Source: Marsupella aquatica
Lineage: Eukaryota; Plantae; Marchantiophyta
Direction: 5' to 3'
Assembly: GCA_973895155.1 (NCBI GenBank)
Contig: OZ316892.1
Location: 18,466,357-18,530,356, forward strand
DNA: 64,000 nt
Of this stretch, positions 26,201 to 40,561 are shown one piece after another. A program made the position numbers and the translations under genes. The notes beneath the pieces are model-generated. The model had not been told where the DNA came from and made no database searches. It saw only the letters and a list, made by a program, of their open reading frames with translations. The number at the start of each line of letters is the position of its first letter. Position 1 is the first letter of the stretch.

Positions 26201-28317
26201 AGGAGTTTGAACGGAAGTCCTAAACCTCCATCTCGAAACCAGGGAAGGTGCTGGATTCACAAATTTACTTGCCTCGTCTTCGCACGCATCACTGGAGAAG
26301 CTATCACCAGTGTCAGTAGAGGAGCCACCATTAGCGCTTGTTGCGGTACGTTTCTTTATTTGCTGTGTCCAATTGACCACTGGGAAATTTGGCTGATTCC
26401 TGATCTTTTTGCTGACTGGACTGGGCTGTACATTACCTTCACTAGTTTCCGAGGATTCCCCTGAATCACAAGACTGAGAAGAGACATGTCTTACAGCAGG
26501 ATCCAAAACAACACTTTCTTGTCTTGTTGGCTGGTATCTGCGGTGCTCCTTGGTGGTAATTGGTGCACGATATGAGTCATCTGATGTCTCAGACTCAGTG
26601 CCACTGCCCTGCGATCGGCTATTAGGGGGAGTTTGTGAGCTCCTACGTGGTGCAGGTGGGGTGGTCTGCTTGACAACTGGACTACGCGTACTTTTCAGTC
26701 TAGGACGCCGAACGGATGGACCTGCACACCAATGACAAAGGTATGGGTCACCGTATTAAGAAACGAAGCCATCCCCTGATTAAGATTGTTGAGCGATAAA
26801 GCTTGCTCTGAATCTCATATATCTGTAGCTACATCTCCACATAGGTACTGAGAATTGCCCTCGAATTTGTTACGATCGTTAACTGATGGCTCCCGAATCT
26901 CATATGTCCGTAGCTACCTCGCCACACAGAGACTGAGAATTGCCTTCAAAAATCAACTGTAGAAATCAACATTCTGCAGCGACAGCAGCACCTTTCACGT
27001 ACTCTATTGCAGTGTATAGTAGCTTACAGTGCGTCACTTAAACGATTCATGTAGTGGTCACCGCAGAAGACAAATTTTCAAAAGTGTAAAACATCATGGC
27101 ACCTGGCTCATCCGGGTTTAGACGAGGACTTGTCTTTGATCGGCCATTCAGCCTGCAAGAATCCGCTGCATGTACCGAGCCTGAAGGGGTGTACCCTACC
27201 CAACAAAACCAGTCACTCAGTTAGGAAAGTTTCTTCTCCACAATAACGTTAGGATCTTCGCTCAGATTCCAATGACTACAAAGAAATGCGTCACTTGTGA
27301 GGAACCGACATATGTTGCAAGGGCAATTATCTAACAGAGCGCAAACTCGTTAATAGCGATATACATTGAGGATGTGCCGTTTGCTCTTCCGACAGTATAG
27401 TACTGTGAAATGTCAAGGAGCTGCTTTTTTGCTTCGTAAAGCCTGTGTGTATTCTTTCGAATCAAACTCTTTCTTTGAAAGAGTTGGGTTTCATAACTCT
27501 TGGCTGTACCCAAAACTATGAAGTAATCTTAAAAACATTTTCCGATATGATCTCGTATAGAATCACTTCTGGTTGTTATCTTGTGCTCAGATCCATTTGT
27601 TTCCTTGGAATTGCTGAAAATAGTCTGGAGCGTTATATAATACTGACAATCAAGACTGATAAAGTTTCTACTTGAGGACACCACTGAAGAGTAGATATCC
27701 ATACAGCCTTGTAAAGATTGGCGACTTTACAGTTTCTTGGACTCAACGTCACGGATTCCAAGTGTCTACTACAATGGATTCATGACTCATAGACTTTACT
27801 GGATTGAAATTTCCACCTGGTGACACCACCAAAACGTGCATATTCATATGAAAATGCAAAATTCTTGCATACTTTGGTCGACGTCTCCACGGTAAAATGC
27901 CGTATTTCTAACAAGACCTGCATACCGAAACGAAACCTTGCAAAGTATCTAGAAATTTTGCAAGCTGATACGTTCATTCTCTTAAGTTTCAAAGCTCCAA
28001 TACTGCACGTGTGATACTGTGGTCGTCGAATTATCACGATTGCCAATCCAAATGTCCCCCAGGTTGAGTCAAAGTTAGGAAAGAATGATTTATCATGCAC
28101 TCAGGCGACAGAATTTGGTACTCAGAGAATTCTGAGCGTCATTGAAAGGAACGGTTCGGCGTATACCGGGAGGAAATGTGGGCGTGGAGAAGGCCAGCAA
28201 GAGCTTGGCCTTGTGAGAGACAAGCATAGCCAGCTCAGCTTCCTTCTGAGCCACCTCGCGCTCTAATGTCTCCACCAACTGCTGCGCAAACCATAGCGGG
28301 TCGTCCTTCGATTCCAT
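20298..28317 (-). CDS. SF1B RNA/DNA helicase, SEN1/UPF1 (DNA2/NAM7)-like, multi-exon
   Basis: Spliced motifs: LLVQG|PPGTGK|TSTIVG|MVSAVRIEEPR|ARILVCASSNAAVDE; LLIID|EAAQ|ALESEVLI; MVGDPCQLP; SLFERM; TQYRMHP; IGVITPY; NTVDGFQGREKD; RRMNVALTRAR. Last exon 22102-20298. The 5' exons (25.2-28.3 kb) and the ATG at 28317 are less certain. Confidence 0.88.
26805..26950. repeat. ~86-bp diverged tandem duplication (probably intronic)
   Basis: gaatctcatat(a/g)tc(t/c)gtagctac...ccaca...actgagaattgcc occurs twice. Confidence 0.7.
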
Positions 28318-30007
28318 TCCCTATCTATCAGACGTGCAGCGCAGCGCTCGCCGCCGCGCCCCCCGCCCCCCTGTTCCCACAAAGCAGCGATCCGATGCAA
28401 ATCTTCACAGATCCGACGGTGACCGAAATCGCTGCATCCTTCGAATGGCCTCACAAACAAACGGATCGACCTGTCTGCGTAATCAGAGCACTACTGCACA
28501 AATTCCCTGCCAAAACTCCCCAAAAGCCACGCCCAATCGCAATCCAGAGAGGGCACCGCAATGCAATGCTATAATGGAGAATCCATGCGATCAGTTCTTA
28601 CCTGCCACGGTCCGTCTATTAACATACCGGGAAAGACACGTGCAGCACTGAAATCAGGGCAGGAAATGGATCCACGACTACGCAGCTCCTTTCGGAATCA
28701 CAAATCGAGTCCTTTCCCGTCGTCCAAACGTACTAACCTACATGAAGTGGAGCCTTCAGCTCCTAGATGCACTATTGCGCATTATTTTGTACCTCCACAA
28801 CCTCCGCTCACACCTCAAGACACACCAAACCACAACTCAACGTCCCAAACATCATGCAATCCAGGCACGACAACGATCTTCTCAGCATCGAGAGATCTTG
28901 TGCCTGGAGGCGGTGGCGACCAAATTTTCTTCAGCAAGTCCCACATTGTGTAAGACACAAGTGTGGATCGGCGCACACGGGAGAGCTTTGCTTCACTTGG
29001 AATAGCGTGGCGCTGCTCAGCCGAGCATTGCGGTGCTCTCTTGCGATGAATTCATCAGACAGACACAGAGGGCAGAGAGGCGGGAGCGAGAGAGAGAGAG
29101 AGAGGAGAGATGAGCACGAGAAAAAGCGAGATTCGAAGTTTGTAGGGTTGCGCACAGGCGCGGGAGAATTGCCGGGAAACCCCTAAAAGTAAAACCCGGC
29201 GACTCCTCTCTCTACTGATGTAACGGGACACTCCATAAGTGGAAACCCTGGATAATTGCAAGGTGTCTCGTCCTTCCCTTTTTTCTGGACACTCAATAAG
29301 GTGCGAACCCTGGATTATTGCAAGGTGTCTTCTCCTTACCTTTTTTCTAGACCATTGTGCATTTTGTCTAATTATTGTAGCTTGATTACCCCTTACTTGA
29401 ACATAAATATAATAGAGATGAGGAGAAGAGACAAGAAGCACACAAAAAAGACTTCCCATCATTTCCTGTTCATCTTTTCCGCATCCTTGTTTTTTTTTGT
29501 TTGCACCGTCACTTTCAGTTATGGTCTCACTTATGCTGTCATTTCGAGTAATGGACTAGAGCAGCCTAATTTTTTAGGTGCAATTTTTTGCCAAATTCCA
29601 CATTTGCCAGAATCTAATGGTTGTCCGTAAATATCGGGATATCTGACAGTGAGTACATAATTCAGGAAAAACTTATACAGAATATTCCTAGTATCTCCTC
29701 CCTTACCAAGACTGACATTCACCACACTAGCTCAAAATGAAAAAAAGTTTAAAAATAGGGTGGTCTAGAGGCTTCATTCTAGACAGTAAGCTAGGAAGTA
29801 GGTTTAGATCACCCTTTCTTAGTTAGACTACAAAGAGTGTTAGTTAGATAGATACTTGAAGTGCAAACCCTCTATAACGGTTTCTGTACCTCTATCAATA
29901 AGTGCAAGTCATTTTAATGTAGAGTACTAGTTTGCCTTGAAAGCCGAAAGCAGACCCTCCCCATCCGACAAATGGTAGACTTTCTATTGCAGAGCATGCA
30001 ATTCTAT

Positions 30008-30225
30008 AGGGTAGCCACAAGGGGACTATACCTAGGGATCCTACACGGACCCAAACCAAGAGGGAGACAGGGTAAAACTAGGGACCCAGACCAAGAGGGA
30101 GAGAGAGTTAAACTAGGGCCCCCAAACAAACAAGCTAGGGGCTAAAAGAAACCAATATTCCCACCTCTACGTCCCACATCCAGATCCTCCTCTCCCCTTT
30201 GGAACTGGAGGGGGGATTGCACCAT
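30008..30225 (-). mobile_element. SINE-like repeat, diverged copy of the family at 53411-53657
   Basis: Shares agggtagccacaag..actatacc, gacccagacca, gggccccaaa and aagaaaccaa(t/g)attcccacc with the 53.4-kb copy. Has an internal duplication. Confidence 0.6.
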
Positions 30226-31411
30226 AAAGTACAATTTTCACTTATGAAGTAGGGGATCACCTGTAGGGCACAGATTTACAATTTAGGAAGGAAGTCACGA
30301 TAGTCTCAACGGACAAAGGGCCCATTGTCTGTACAATCTACTCGATAAATGCCAATTCCAAATGTTAACACTGACAACATAGTGCACTTTCTTTGTTTAG
30401 TCCACACCAGACGCCACAGTGAGAAATTATGGACACCTTCACCAAGCCCAAGACGTTGCAGGGTATTTTTGTAAAATTTTAAACTTTTAAGGGTACTTAG
30501 GAAATTTTGGTAACTCGAGATCAATGGTCCGAATTCAGTGGACATGATAGCTAACCCAACATCCCTTGGAAGTGATAGTTAACCCAAAACATGGTTAATA
30601 AGTATGGGCAAATCAACAATGATGGGATGAGAAAACAAATGAACTAGTGCCCCAGCTAAAACGTGTAGAGGAGATCCCATCCCAAGCCCATCCTATGTGA
30701 CTGCCTTGTGCGGCCCCGCTTTTTGCCTGGTTTACTACATAAAGGAGAACAATGTTGCCCAGCTCATGCCTTGGGGATCCACTCGATAAATGCCGTGTTA
30801 ACCTAACCCATGTTTGAACCGGTTTAAACCAATGACTCTTGATCGATTTCTTCCAAGTTGAGAAATCCCGGCCCTTCATTTACCTTGAGCTTTGATTATG
30901 CCACAATGCAAAAACATTCAAATTTGTCTGGAACATGTTACACTGAAGACAAGTTTTGCACGAACAAGCTGTAGATAATTATGTCTATGAGACTACATGA
31001 CCTCCTGTTTCAAAGTTATCAGAATTTGTGCAACTAACTTGTTGCTCCCATTCCTGGCCAAGGGCAGGGAAGACAATCGATATTGCACACAAAAATTGCC
31101 TCCCAAGAGAAATCGATCACCTTCATATAATTAATTTGGGTGGTAAGCGAGACATCAGAAAATGATTTGCCCACCCCTAAGCTCATAGCACGTGTCTTGA
31201 TCAGCATGCGTTTCCATCCTGGCTAGAGCTTTGAGACCATTCTCAATGAAAAATCTTTAAACAAAATTCAATTTCACCTTGATTTGTTTGGTAACCTGAC
31301 CGTCATCAACACTCTGACGGCCTTTTGACTGCCAAAAGTCTCTAAACCAGCGGAACTAATAGAGAAATGGATGAATCAATAAGCAAGTCACTTCTACAAA
31401 TAGAAAGAACC

Positions 31412-34400
31412 TCAGAATATGGGGCATGCAGGTATGGAGGCTGTTACATCAATCCCCCTTGCAGTGGGGCATAAGGCAAGTGGACAGTGGTCAATTACTT
31501 TGTTTGGGTTCCCCCACCAACTAAGTTCCCCCTTTCTATGATTCAAGGTTAGGAAGAGTAGTGGACCTGCAATGGCAACCCCTGTGTCTAAGGCAGCAGA
31601 CAAAACATAGTTGTACCTTTGCCACCATGGTTTATAATATCGAAATGCAACAAACTGGAAGATGAAGCCTGTCAAGAACCAAGAGTTGAAATTTACAGGT
31701 GTTGCGGGTGGCCAAGTCTTAACTGCACTCAGAAGTACTGGCAGATGAACCCACTTGAGAAACTGCACCGCAACAATGCGATACATGAGTAGGTATCCAG
31801 TCATGGTGTCATTTATAGATCAAAATGCAACAGTGCTTCAATGTCAACAAATTGCTACAGACGAAGCGTGATAAAGCAGACAGGGAAAGAGAGTATCAAA
31901 CCTCGAACTTTGGAGAAAGATTTGCGAGTGCCCAGAATGGAAATGGAGCAAGGGCGCCAAACAAAAGCATCCAGGTCAAGTTCCTGTACTTTCCTATTGA
32001 TCCGAACATTCTCTCTGTGCCAATAAGACCCCAGATGGTCGCAATAGAGTACCCATTTGATGCATTCGGACATGACCAACTCCCTGATTCTCTGCAAAGT
32101 TTGGGTTCAACTTTAAAGAGCCAGTACGCACAGCATACATTCACAACGCCAGCTAACAACGTACCCACAACCTGCAAATATTTCCGCAAACGCAACACAA
32201 CTACTTTGTCAAGCAATGTAGATTTGAGATAGGATTAAAGAGTTAAATTTTCAACGCCCGTCCCTTGGATCTAACTTTGGTGGTCCAACAAATTTAAAAG
32301 TGAGAGTCCAGATCCTCAAGACAGACCAAATGGTCAGCACAACTGGAGACTGACCTGAACGAGGAACATGCTGCGGGGAGGAATTTTCATGTAGTGAGCC
32401 AGCTTGAAGTCACGTAGAAAGACCACAGCTTGCACCACACTGCCAGCAGCATATACTCGGAATGAGTTCAGCCCTACAACTCGACCAGGCGCAAGATAGC
32501 CGTAGAAAAAGTCCATGAGAGCTCCTGGTCCTTCAAACTGCAAAGGGCAAAGTGACTTAATTGAAGAATCTCAACGTAGCCTTCGCTCACCAATAGTAGT
32601 GGTGGACATTTGTTCATGATGTTCCCTTCCCCATAAGTCAACTTTCAATAAAGGGACAACCACAATTCGATTATTTCCTTTGCATGTTTGTAAAGATTGG
32701 TCTCTGAAAGATTGAACCACCACAATCCAATAGTTCTACCTGATTTGTCGTTGCAGTGATAATACCAATAGGAAGGGTGAAGGCAAAGGTCAGCACTAAA
32801 GCGAACAGAAGTAAAATCCCTTCGAGTTGAAAAGTATCTTTCCACCATTCCATCATAAAGAAGGAAAGTACACCATTCCCGATGAGCAGAGCCCAGAACC
32901 ACCACGATGGTATGTCTGAATACCGCTGCATTAATCTTGTATGAATGTCTGGCTTATACTTAACACCTGCGCAAAAGTTACAGGGTTGGACGTGCGGTCA
33001 AAGGAACCACTGTAATGGAAACTGTTTAAGTTGCAGTATACAAGGTAGTCATGAACATTTATAAATGGAAAATCAGTGTGGCGAAGGATTTCAATCGTTT
33101 TGCAAAATATCAATCGTTTCAACCGTTGTATCATGTCAATCCCCAGAGTCAATGATCTCATTATGCAATGGAAACCACAACTATCCTTCCCAGTAGTAAA
33201 AAATTATCCACGAAAAACTGTGCAGACCTACGCAACATTATAAGCCTGGCACCACTATTGCAACGAAAATTCAAGTGGGTACAGCTGTTCGCAAATGCAC
33301 TCTTGAGATTTATCCCAATGCTCGACAAACAAATGAGAAAATTTGAAAACTAATGCGAAGGATGTGATTATGTTAGCACTAAACAAATTTCTCTGGCCAA
33401 TTCAATGCATAATAATACTGTTATTAGCAGCATGTTTTTCTAGAGATTTGCAACATTCCTACATAAATAATTATTGTCACAAAGCCCCAAATTTTATCGG
33501 CATTATATAACAATTTGTTGAGGACATAAAAGGCCAGCGCACTCGAGAAAAAGTAACAGACTCTCTGGGAGAGAATATGCTGACTGAATCAACTGTGGTT
33601 ATCTTATACCAAAAGGCCTGAATCAACAGACCTTTGCCAGATGTCATGAATCGGTCGTAGATATCCTTCCCATTCCACAAAAGGACATGAGTAAAAGCTG
33701 CAGTGACATAAGCGAAGACTAGGCCCCAGTGAATTACAGCATACGATGTTGATAGTTGTGGGGGTCCATACGCATCATACTTGGTCTGATCCAGGAATAA
33801 ACCAGTTTCTCCTAGGACCTGGCAAACGTCACATCTGTCACATGTTATTAAAACCTTTGACGACCATCCTATATTTCGTTCCGCAAATACGAACCACTGA
33901 TTGACTCTGAAAACAACAACGTTTAACTGCCACATCTGAGAAAATGAAACCACCCTCCCAAAGTTGTTTAGCGATCGCTCTGTCATTTGATCAACATCCA
34001 TGGGAACTATGAGCTAGGCTCTACTGGGAAGTAAACACTTGCACTAAGATTTTAAAAGTAGAAATTTCAGAAAATGAAGCATAGCTACACCTACCTTGGA
34101 GACATTATAGTGAAGGCCATTTTCAAGGAAGAGCTTGTTGGAGATAATTGGATACGTTTGAGCACTGTAAACATTCATACTGTAGCATATAGGGGTAATC
34201 ACATATGCAGCGATCACAAAACCAGCATACACATTGACCAAAGTGAACCATGGAGTTGCTAAAGGAGAGTGGAGATATGCTGAGATGGTGGACCAGTCCA
34301 GTGCGATAGCACCAAATCCTAATCCTTGCACTCCTGCACCATCAATTGGCCTTAAATATGAGAATATGACCTAAATTTGGACCAGTGAACAAAGACAAGA

Positions 34401-37400
34401 CGCAACCTCCTCAAACATAACTGAAATAGGGTGAACCAATCGTTTTGCAAAATATTACAAGCAACGAAAATAAATACGATGTAGGAAAGATTGTAAACTG
34501 CGCTAATATTTGACCACAACGAATTTGAACCTGAGCCAATTTGATGTGCTGTTACTGAATCTTTCCAGACCCAACAGATCCAAGACAAAGATGTCAGTGT
34601 CGCAGCGAAGTAGTCTGGCAAAATGAACCACACAAAGCTAACCCCCGCAGCAATACCGAAGAATTGAATTCTACTTAAACCTTTAGAAGGTTCCTTTTCG
34701 TGCAACGCTCTGCAAACAATTTGTGGAAATACGAATGAAAACGTCATCATCCATCGCCAACTTTGTTTTCCCGAGACGAGGCACCTAATTTTGATGATAT
34801 TACAACCCAGACACTTTTGGGGACTTCTCAACTCCTTAATACTGCCAGTTGGGAAAGCTCAATGAGACACTTCTAGAAAATAGGAGAAAGATTGATGTCA
34901 TTCGACAAAGAGTAATGTAAGACTCTGGAGTACGTTTGAATACCGATGTAGAGATTGGTGTTCATGCGCTTATCAAAAGTGGCGTACAGATGCATTGTAT
35001 GGAGAATTAAATACTTTCCAAGCAGGTGAGTGACTAATCGTACGAGTTGTGATACAACGCTCATTAGCATCTGGCAATGATGATCATGGTGAGGTAGCCC
35101 ATTTTCCAGAAGCTTCTGCACCTTCCTTGCGACCTTTGACTGCTGTTCATTATGGTCCACTATAGGCATTGCAAAGGGAAACCATCAAAACATCTTGTGG
35201 ACAAGTTCTGGACACCTTCCTGAAGATTTCTGGATCTTTAGCGTGAAATTCATTTTCGAGCCACTTTCCCATCTTTGAAGGCTATCAATTGAGGCAGTAT
35301 TACATTTCATTCAGAGTATCTACTCACAATCTTCTAGCATGGTCGAGGTCATGTACATAAAGAGGGCAGTATCAAAATCCTATAATTACGATAAATTACC
35401 TGAACAACGCAACATCGACCATAGTCGAAGGCCACCACATTTGGGGAGGATCCTGTAAATATCGAATCCAGAGTCAGAATGTTCTGAGCTGTATACCTGG
35501 TGCCTGTTGTAATGTACTCAGAACTTAACGAGTGAGTAAAGATTTGCACTCCGTACTTTCTTGCCATGCCCCGCAAAAATGGTTTACGTGACGTTGACAT
35601 ATAGGATAAGCTCAACATATTTCCTCAGTTGACGAAAAGCTTACCACTAGATATTTCCGTAGTAGACCTGCAATTCCGTAACCTACAGTCTGAGTGGTGG
35701 CCACCAACAGCATTGCAACTGAGAAGTGAAGTGGCTGACACAAGAAAGAAACCCTCCATAAGCGCAACCGTTGCTTGTCACCAAACATAAAGCACAGAAA
35801 GTAACTAGTTTAACTTATCTTTTCCAACGCGGAGCATTCACTATCTTGTCCAACGCGGAGCGAATCAACTAAGTGTGTTGCAGAGATTTTTTATTGGGTC
35901 AACAGAAGAGTCTTGCTGACACCTCTCCTGCTATTTAACTAATAAAAACAAGGAGCAATTGCCATACAAAATAGCTATTTCAAAATTTGTTGTTGCCACT
36001 TATAAGTAACACCTACTTTATTAAAAAATGTTGGAATGTTCAGAAGAGTGATGAGCTGCATTGCTCCTGCTTCTCCTTTTCCAAAGGCGCTGCCACACCC
36101 AGCAAACACACTGATGAGCGCATGCTCCTGCGTCCAACAATGATACAACTGTCACTTCCAGTTGTGCCGAGGGAAAACTCTCTACGAAGCGATTTCGAAG
36201 TTTTAGTTGCTTCCCACTGCTTTCAAGTTCAAGTAACACACAACTCTTGTCCGGAAGAAGGAAGAGTCAGATAGTTCCTATTTACAGATTAAATACTTTG
36301 TTGGAAATAAGATCGTTGAAAAGCTCACAAGCCTGTATCCAATCATGATAATGAACAAGAAGCTTTCCTGCGTTGGTAATCTTCAGCATCTACCAAATTC
36401 GTAATTGCATAACTATTCATCATAAGGTGTAAGTGCTTACTTCCAATGTCTCCATCCTATCAAGGACACAATCCTATGCAACACTTTTCCACCCCTACTA
36501 TCCAGCTTATTCAGCATGCACAATCAATCAAGACTGACCTCACACATGTTCAGAATGCCAACTGGAATCCGAATGAATAATGTATTAAACCTAGGCAGGA
36601 ATAGTTGATGAACTCCACTCTTGCAAATTTTAAAAATTACCTTCATATTGAAAGGACCCGGGTTGAGCTCCACAGGACCAAGTTTCTTGTTGGGCAGCCA
36701 ACTTGCCATCATTCGGCCAAGGTACAATGAGACTACCTGTCCTGCTAGTGCTGATATGACAATCGGAGATGATCGGAAGTAAAAAAATTGGTTTACAAAA
36801 GCCAAGAACACACAGATCACCACCCCAATGACCCATGTTCGCACTGTAAGGATGGGTAAATGAGGATTATCTGTGATGGGCACCGTCAAATTGACCTCCT
36901 CAATAGGTGATTTATCATCCTGCAATGGCATCCACAAGTCAAAGGATTTGAGACATAGGAAGAAAGTTGGAAACATTTCTGAAATGAACATCAGTTGATA
37001 TAAAGTATTCCATCTTCTATCCCCCAGCCGACTTGCAGATCTGTGGCCTCCAAAGTCAATTCCAATTCCTCTGGATATTGATTCCATTCAGTTCTCTCGT
37101 TTTATTCACTTATTGAGTTATAAGATAGCTTCATCAGTCTAACCCTCCGTGCAGTCTGTCACACATGATTGGAGATGCGGACTAAAAGATCACTCAATAA
37201 CTCATTTATTTTCTGTGTTCCTCAATAACAATTCGCTAACGTGTGCTCTCTTGTAAATCACAGTGTTACATCGGCTGAATTTTAGTTGAAGCATAAGGGG
37301 TTTTGAATTATGCAACCTTTTCAAAATTGTCAGAAAAATATGTAACAGGAAACTGCTTAGAGAATTCATTATTGGGCAGGGATCCAAGTTCTTCTCTAGT

Positions 37401-38492
37401 CTATAGCTATTGCTATTCCTCCAAACCTGATGAATTCGACTGCAGCTGATAGCCCTCGCTTAGAGCTCCCAGCAGAGTTAAGTCTGTGCCCATATCAATG
37501 AGCTGGTCATATCTTCCCTTTCATCCATCCATATATGTTGATTTTAATTGGATGGAAATCGACATCTTCAAAATTTGCAAGGTATACTTAATTTCTTCGT
37601 TGTGTACCACAAATATTGCAATGGAAATACATTTTGTGATGCCTTGATTAATCTTACTTATAAAGTGTCAATTACAAGCTAGAGTTGAGGCCTAGGTTTC
37701 TAGAGTGAAGCCTCTAGACCATAACTCCATGGCCCATCATGTGGATGTGAAACTCATGGCTATGATGAAGGCTTTTTGTCATAATTTCTGTTTACATTCA
37801 AAAAAGGGGCTTTATGGCCCCACCATAACGTATGTGCACAGAAAGAGGGATGGTATGCTATGTACTATTATTAAAATGATGACATGCATGATGGTTTTTT
37901 TAATCATATCATTAACATTCAAAATGTGAATAAGTAATATACTTTGGTGAAACTTTTATTGTACTCTTGGTTATTCACTTTCAAAGAACGTGTACTCTAA
38001 GCTAGTGAGGGTATATTGTGCTTTTACGAATTTCGCCAGACCAGCTACGAAGGATCTTCCTAATTTTCGAAATTGACACAGGTAAGCTCTCAACTTAGGG
38101 TCCAGCCCAACCCTAACACAAATACCACATGGAATCTAGCGTACCTCAATATCCGAAGACTCTATGAATTGTGTTTTCTCTAGACTTCCATTGTCCTGGG
38201 CAACAATTTCAGCAATAAGCTAGGTCAGAATTTGTAGCTGTGTGTGGAATACACAAGAAACTTTGAGCGCATTGTTCAATTAAAATGCAATCGTGAAGCT
38301 AAGTATTCAAAGTCTTGGTGAAAATTCAAACATTATGAAGGCCGGAATGTTAAGCTCGGTCAAAGCAGAGGAGGGACAGAGAGGAGAAAATGCAGTCCAT
38401 ACTCTGAAAACTTGGAGAGCTATATCAAAGTCGTCGCGTTCCAAATCGTCATCCGTCGTGTCGCTTCCAAAAATGTCCTCATCTGATTCCAT
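31412..38492 (-). CDS. Oligopeptide transporter (OPT family, PT clade), multi-exon
   Basis: SPIEEVNLTVPITDNP, LNPGPFNMK|EHALISVFA (NPG motif), PPQMWWPS, GLGFGAIALDWSTISAYLHSPLATPW, YSDIPSWWF, DFKLAHYMKIPPRSMF (KIPPR motif), WWQRYNYVLSAALDTG and C-terminal CPLALCPTARG...CPIF. Canonical GT-AG junctions. The first exon (MESDEDIFG, ATG at 38492) is inferred. Confidence 0.92.
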
Positions 38493-38617
38493 CTTGGACA
38501 AAACTTCGCTGATAATCAAAAGTCAACGGATTTTAGAGTCTCTTCTCTAACCCCAATGCCAAAGGCCCACCGGAGATTTATCGTCTCTGTCTTAAATTGA
38601 GTCCCTCACAGCCCCCG

Positions 38618-38835
38618 CTGTGCTCCTGAACATCTCTGCTGCAATCGTCTGGCTAAACATTTCTCCAAATCATCTAGTGCTCATGCTCATCTGCATTTCC
38701 TGTAGAAACATTGGCCTCGCCTCCACTGTGCTCCTGACCATCTCTGCTGCAATCGTCTAGCTAAACATTTCTCCAAGTCATCTAGTGCTACTGCTGATCT
38801 GCATTTCCTGTAGAAACATTGGCCTCCCCTCCACT
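38618..38835. repeat. 108-bp tandem duplication upstream of the OPT start codon
   Basis: Units begin with ctgtgctcctga at 38618 and 38726 and are nearly identical. Confidence 0.9.
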
Positions 38836-39261
38836 ATCATCCATTTCTGTCCCACGATTGCCTGCCACGTTTGGAGAGGTGATGAAACGACGATTCAAGT
38901 ACTAAGCTACAGAAGGAGTGGAGAGCTAGAGGCAACAGTCAATGGACGAAGGAAGACATAAGTTTTGGGCGTCGCGTTGCAAGCAGATGTGTGGCACCAG
39001 AAACGGATGTGGGCTGCCAACGCTTGCAAATTGGGCACGGGATAGGACTGAAAGATAAGTTTGTACAAGAGCTCCGCACTCATGTCACGTCCAGAACAGA
39101 GAGCTCAATGTGGGAGCTGTGACTGTTGATGAGAGAGATCTACAGAACTGTGTCTTCTTCCAGCTGCGGACTGCAAAGACACTGATTCACACCGACCTTC
39201 TGTTTGTCTGTCAGCTGTACTAAAGAAACCCGCCCCGGAATGATGATGATGCACACCCATT

Positions 39262-39525
39262 CGGATCAACCTCAAAGGAAAAGCTCAGTTCCGAAGTGTT
39301 ATATATTATATTGAAGTGTGCGTGACTTTGTCAAAAGGCTATGAAGTACCGTGTACCGTGTATAAGTGCACAGTATATAAGTGCATTCGTAGGTAGTTGC
39401 TCAATTCGGGTCAACCTTGAAGGAAAGTTCAGTCCCAAAGAACGCGTGACTTTGTCAAAGCTTATGAAGTACAGTCTCCCTTGTATAAGTGCACTACATA
39501 TAAGTGCATTCCGTGGGTGACTGCA
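39262..39525. repeat. Diverged ~140-bp tandem duplication, followed by an AAGTGCA motif cluster
   Basis: tcaacct..aaggaaa..tcagt / gcgtgactttgtcaaa / tatgaagtac / tataagtgcac..atataagtgcatt occurs twice. Confidence 0.75.
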
Positions 39526-40561
39526 GGCTGGTCTTGTAGTCCCCTAATATTGCTAACTTCTCTTTTGTAGATGCACCTTTTAAAAGTGCAGGTACATCAC
39601 TAATCCAAGGAAATTGAAAGACAAATACATAAGTGCATTTTATCCTCCGAGTGTACATGCATTTATCAGCAATTGCAATGCATAAGCTTGAAGCATATAT
39701 TGATAAGTGCATTAGATAACTACATACAATAATTTCATACATTTATCCACTTGAATTGTGCTCAGGTATGAGGAGTCCAATGTGTATGACCTGACAACAG
39801 GTATGAAGAAGTGCACCAGGAAGTGCATAAGAGATTTCACATGCACTTATTGAAGAGTCCAGCATGCACATATGGAGAAGTGCATAAATGATATCCCATG
39901 CACTAATGACAGTGCATAACATGGTAAGAACAGGCTTGGGTGGTCTTCCTAGTAGCCTCCACTTAGACATATACAATGTAGAGGGTCCAGAAAAGCCCCT
40001 TGAGAGAACTTGGCTGAGAGGTGCAGGTGGGAAACTCATTTATTGCAACCCCTTAGGTTTACTTTTAGATACCCTTAGTATAAAATGGTGTACACATATC
40101 TATGGCCATTTCGACTTGCTTTCTCATCCAAGATCTCACCTAACAGTCAAGGCCCAACAAAGCATTTGAATTGAATATCCACAAGTGGGCACAGGGCTGC
40201 AACACAAATAGAGGCCCTGCTGCTTCGATTCAAAGTGAGGACTCTGAGTTACCCAGAGCCTCTTGTGATGGGAGTTGTGGTTTTAAGTGATCAAAGGACT
40301 TTGGTGAACAACAAGTTGGGATGGTATGTGCAAAAGTGACCTCCAATTGTCGTGACATATAGTATCGTAGCCATAGTGTATCGAAAACATACAAGTCACC
40401 GGCAAGGCATATGTGCAAGCTGCTAGCAACCAACATGCAAGGAAAAGTCTAATCACATTCACAAGTGCCAAGAAAAAGCAAATGAAGTGGTATGTATGTA
40501 GTGGAGGTGTAAACCTCTGTATCCCCCCCAGACCACAGCCAAAAGGAGGGCTGAAGAAAAT

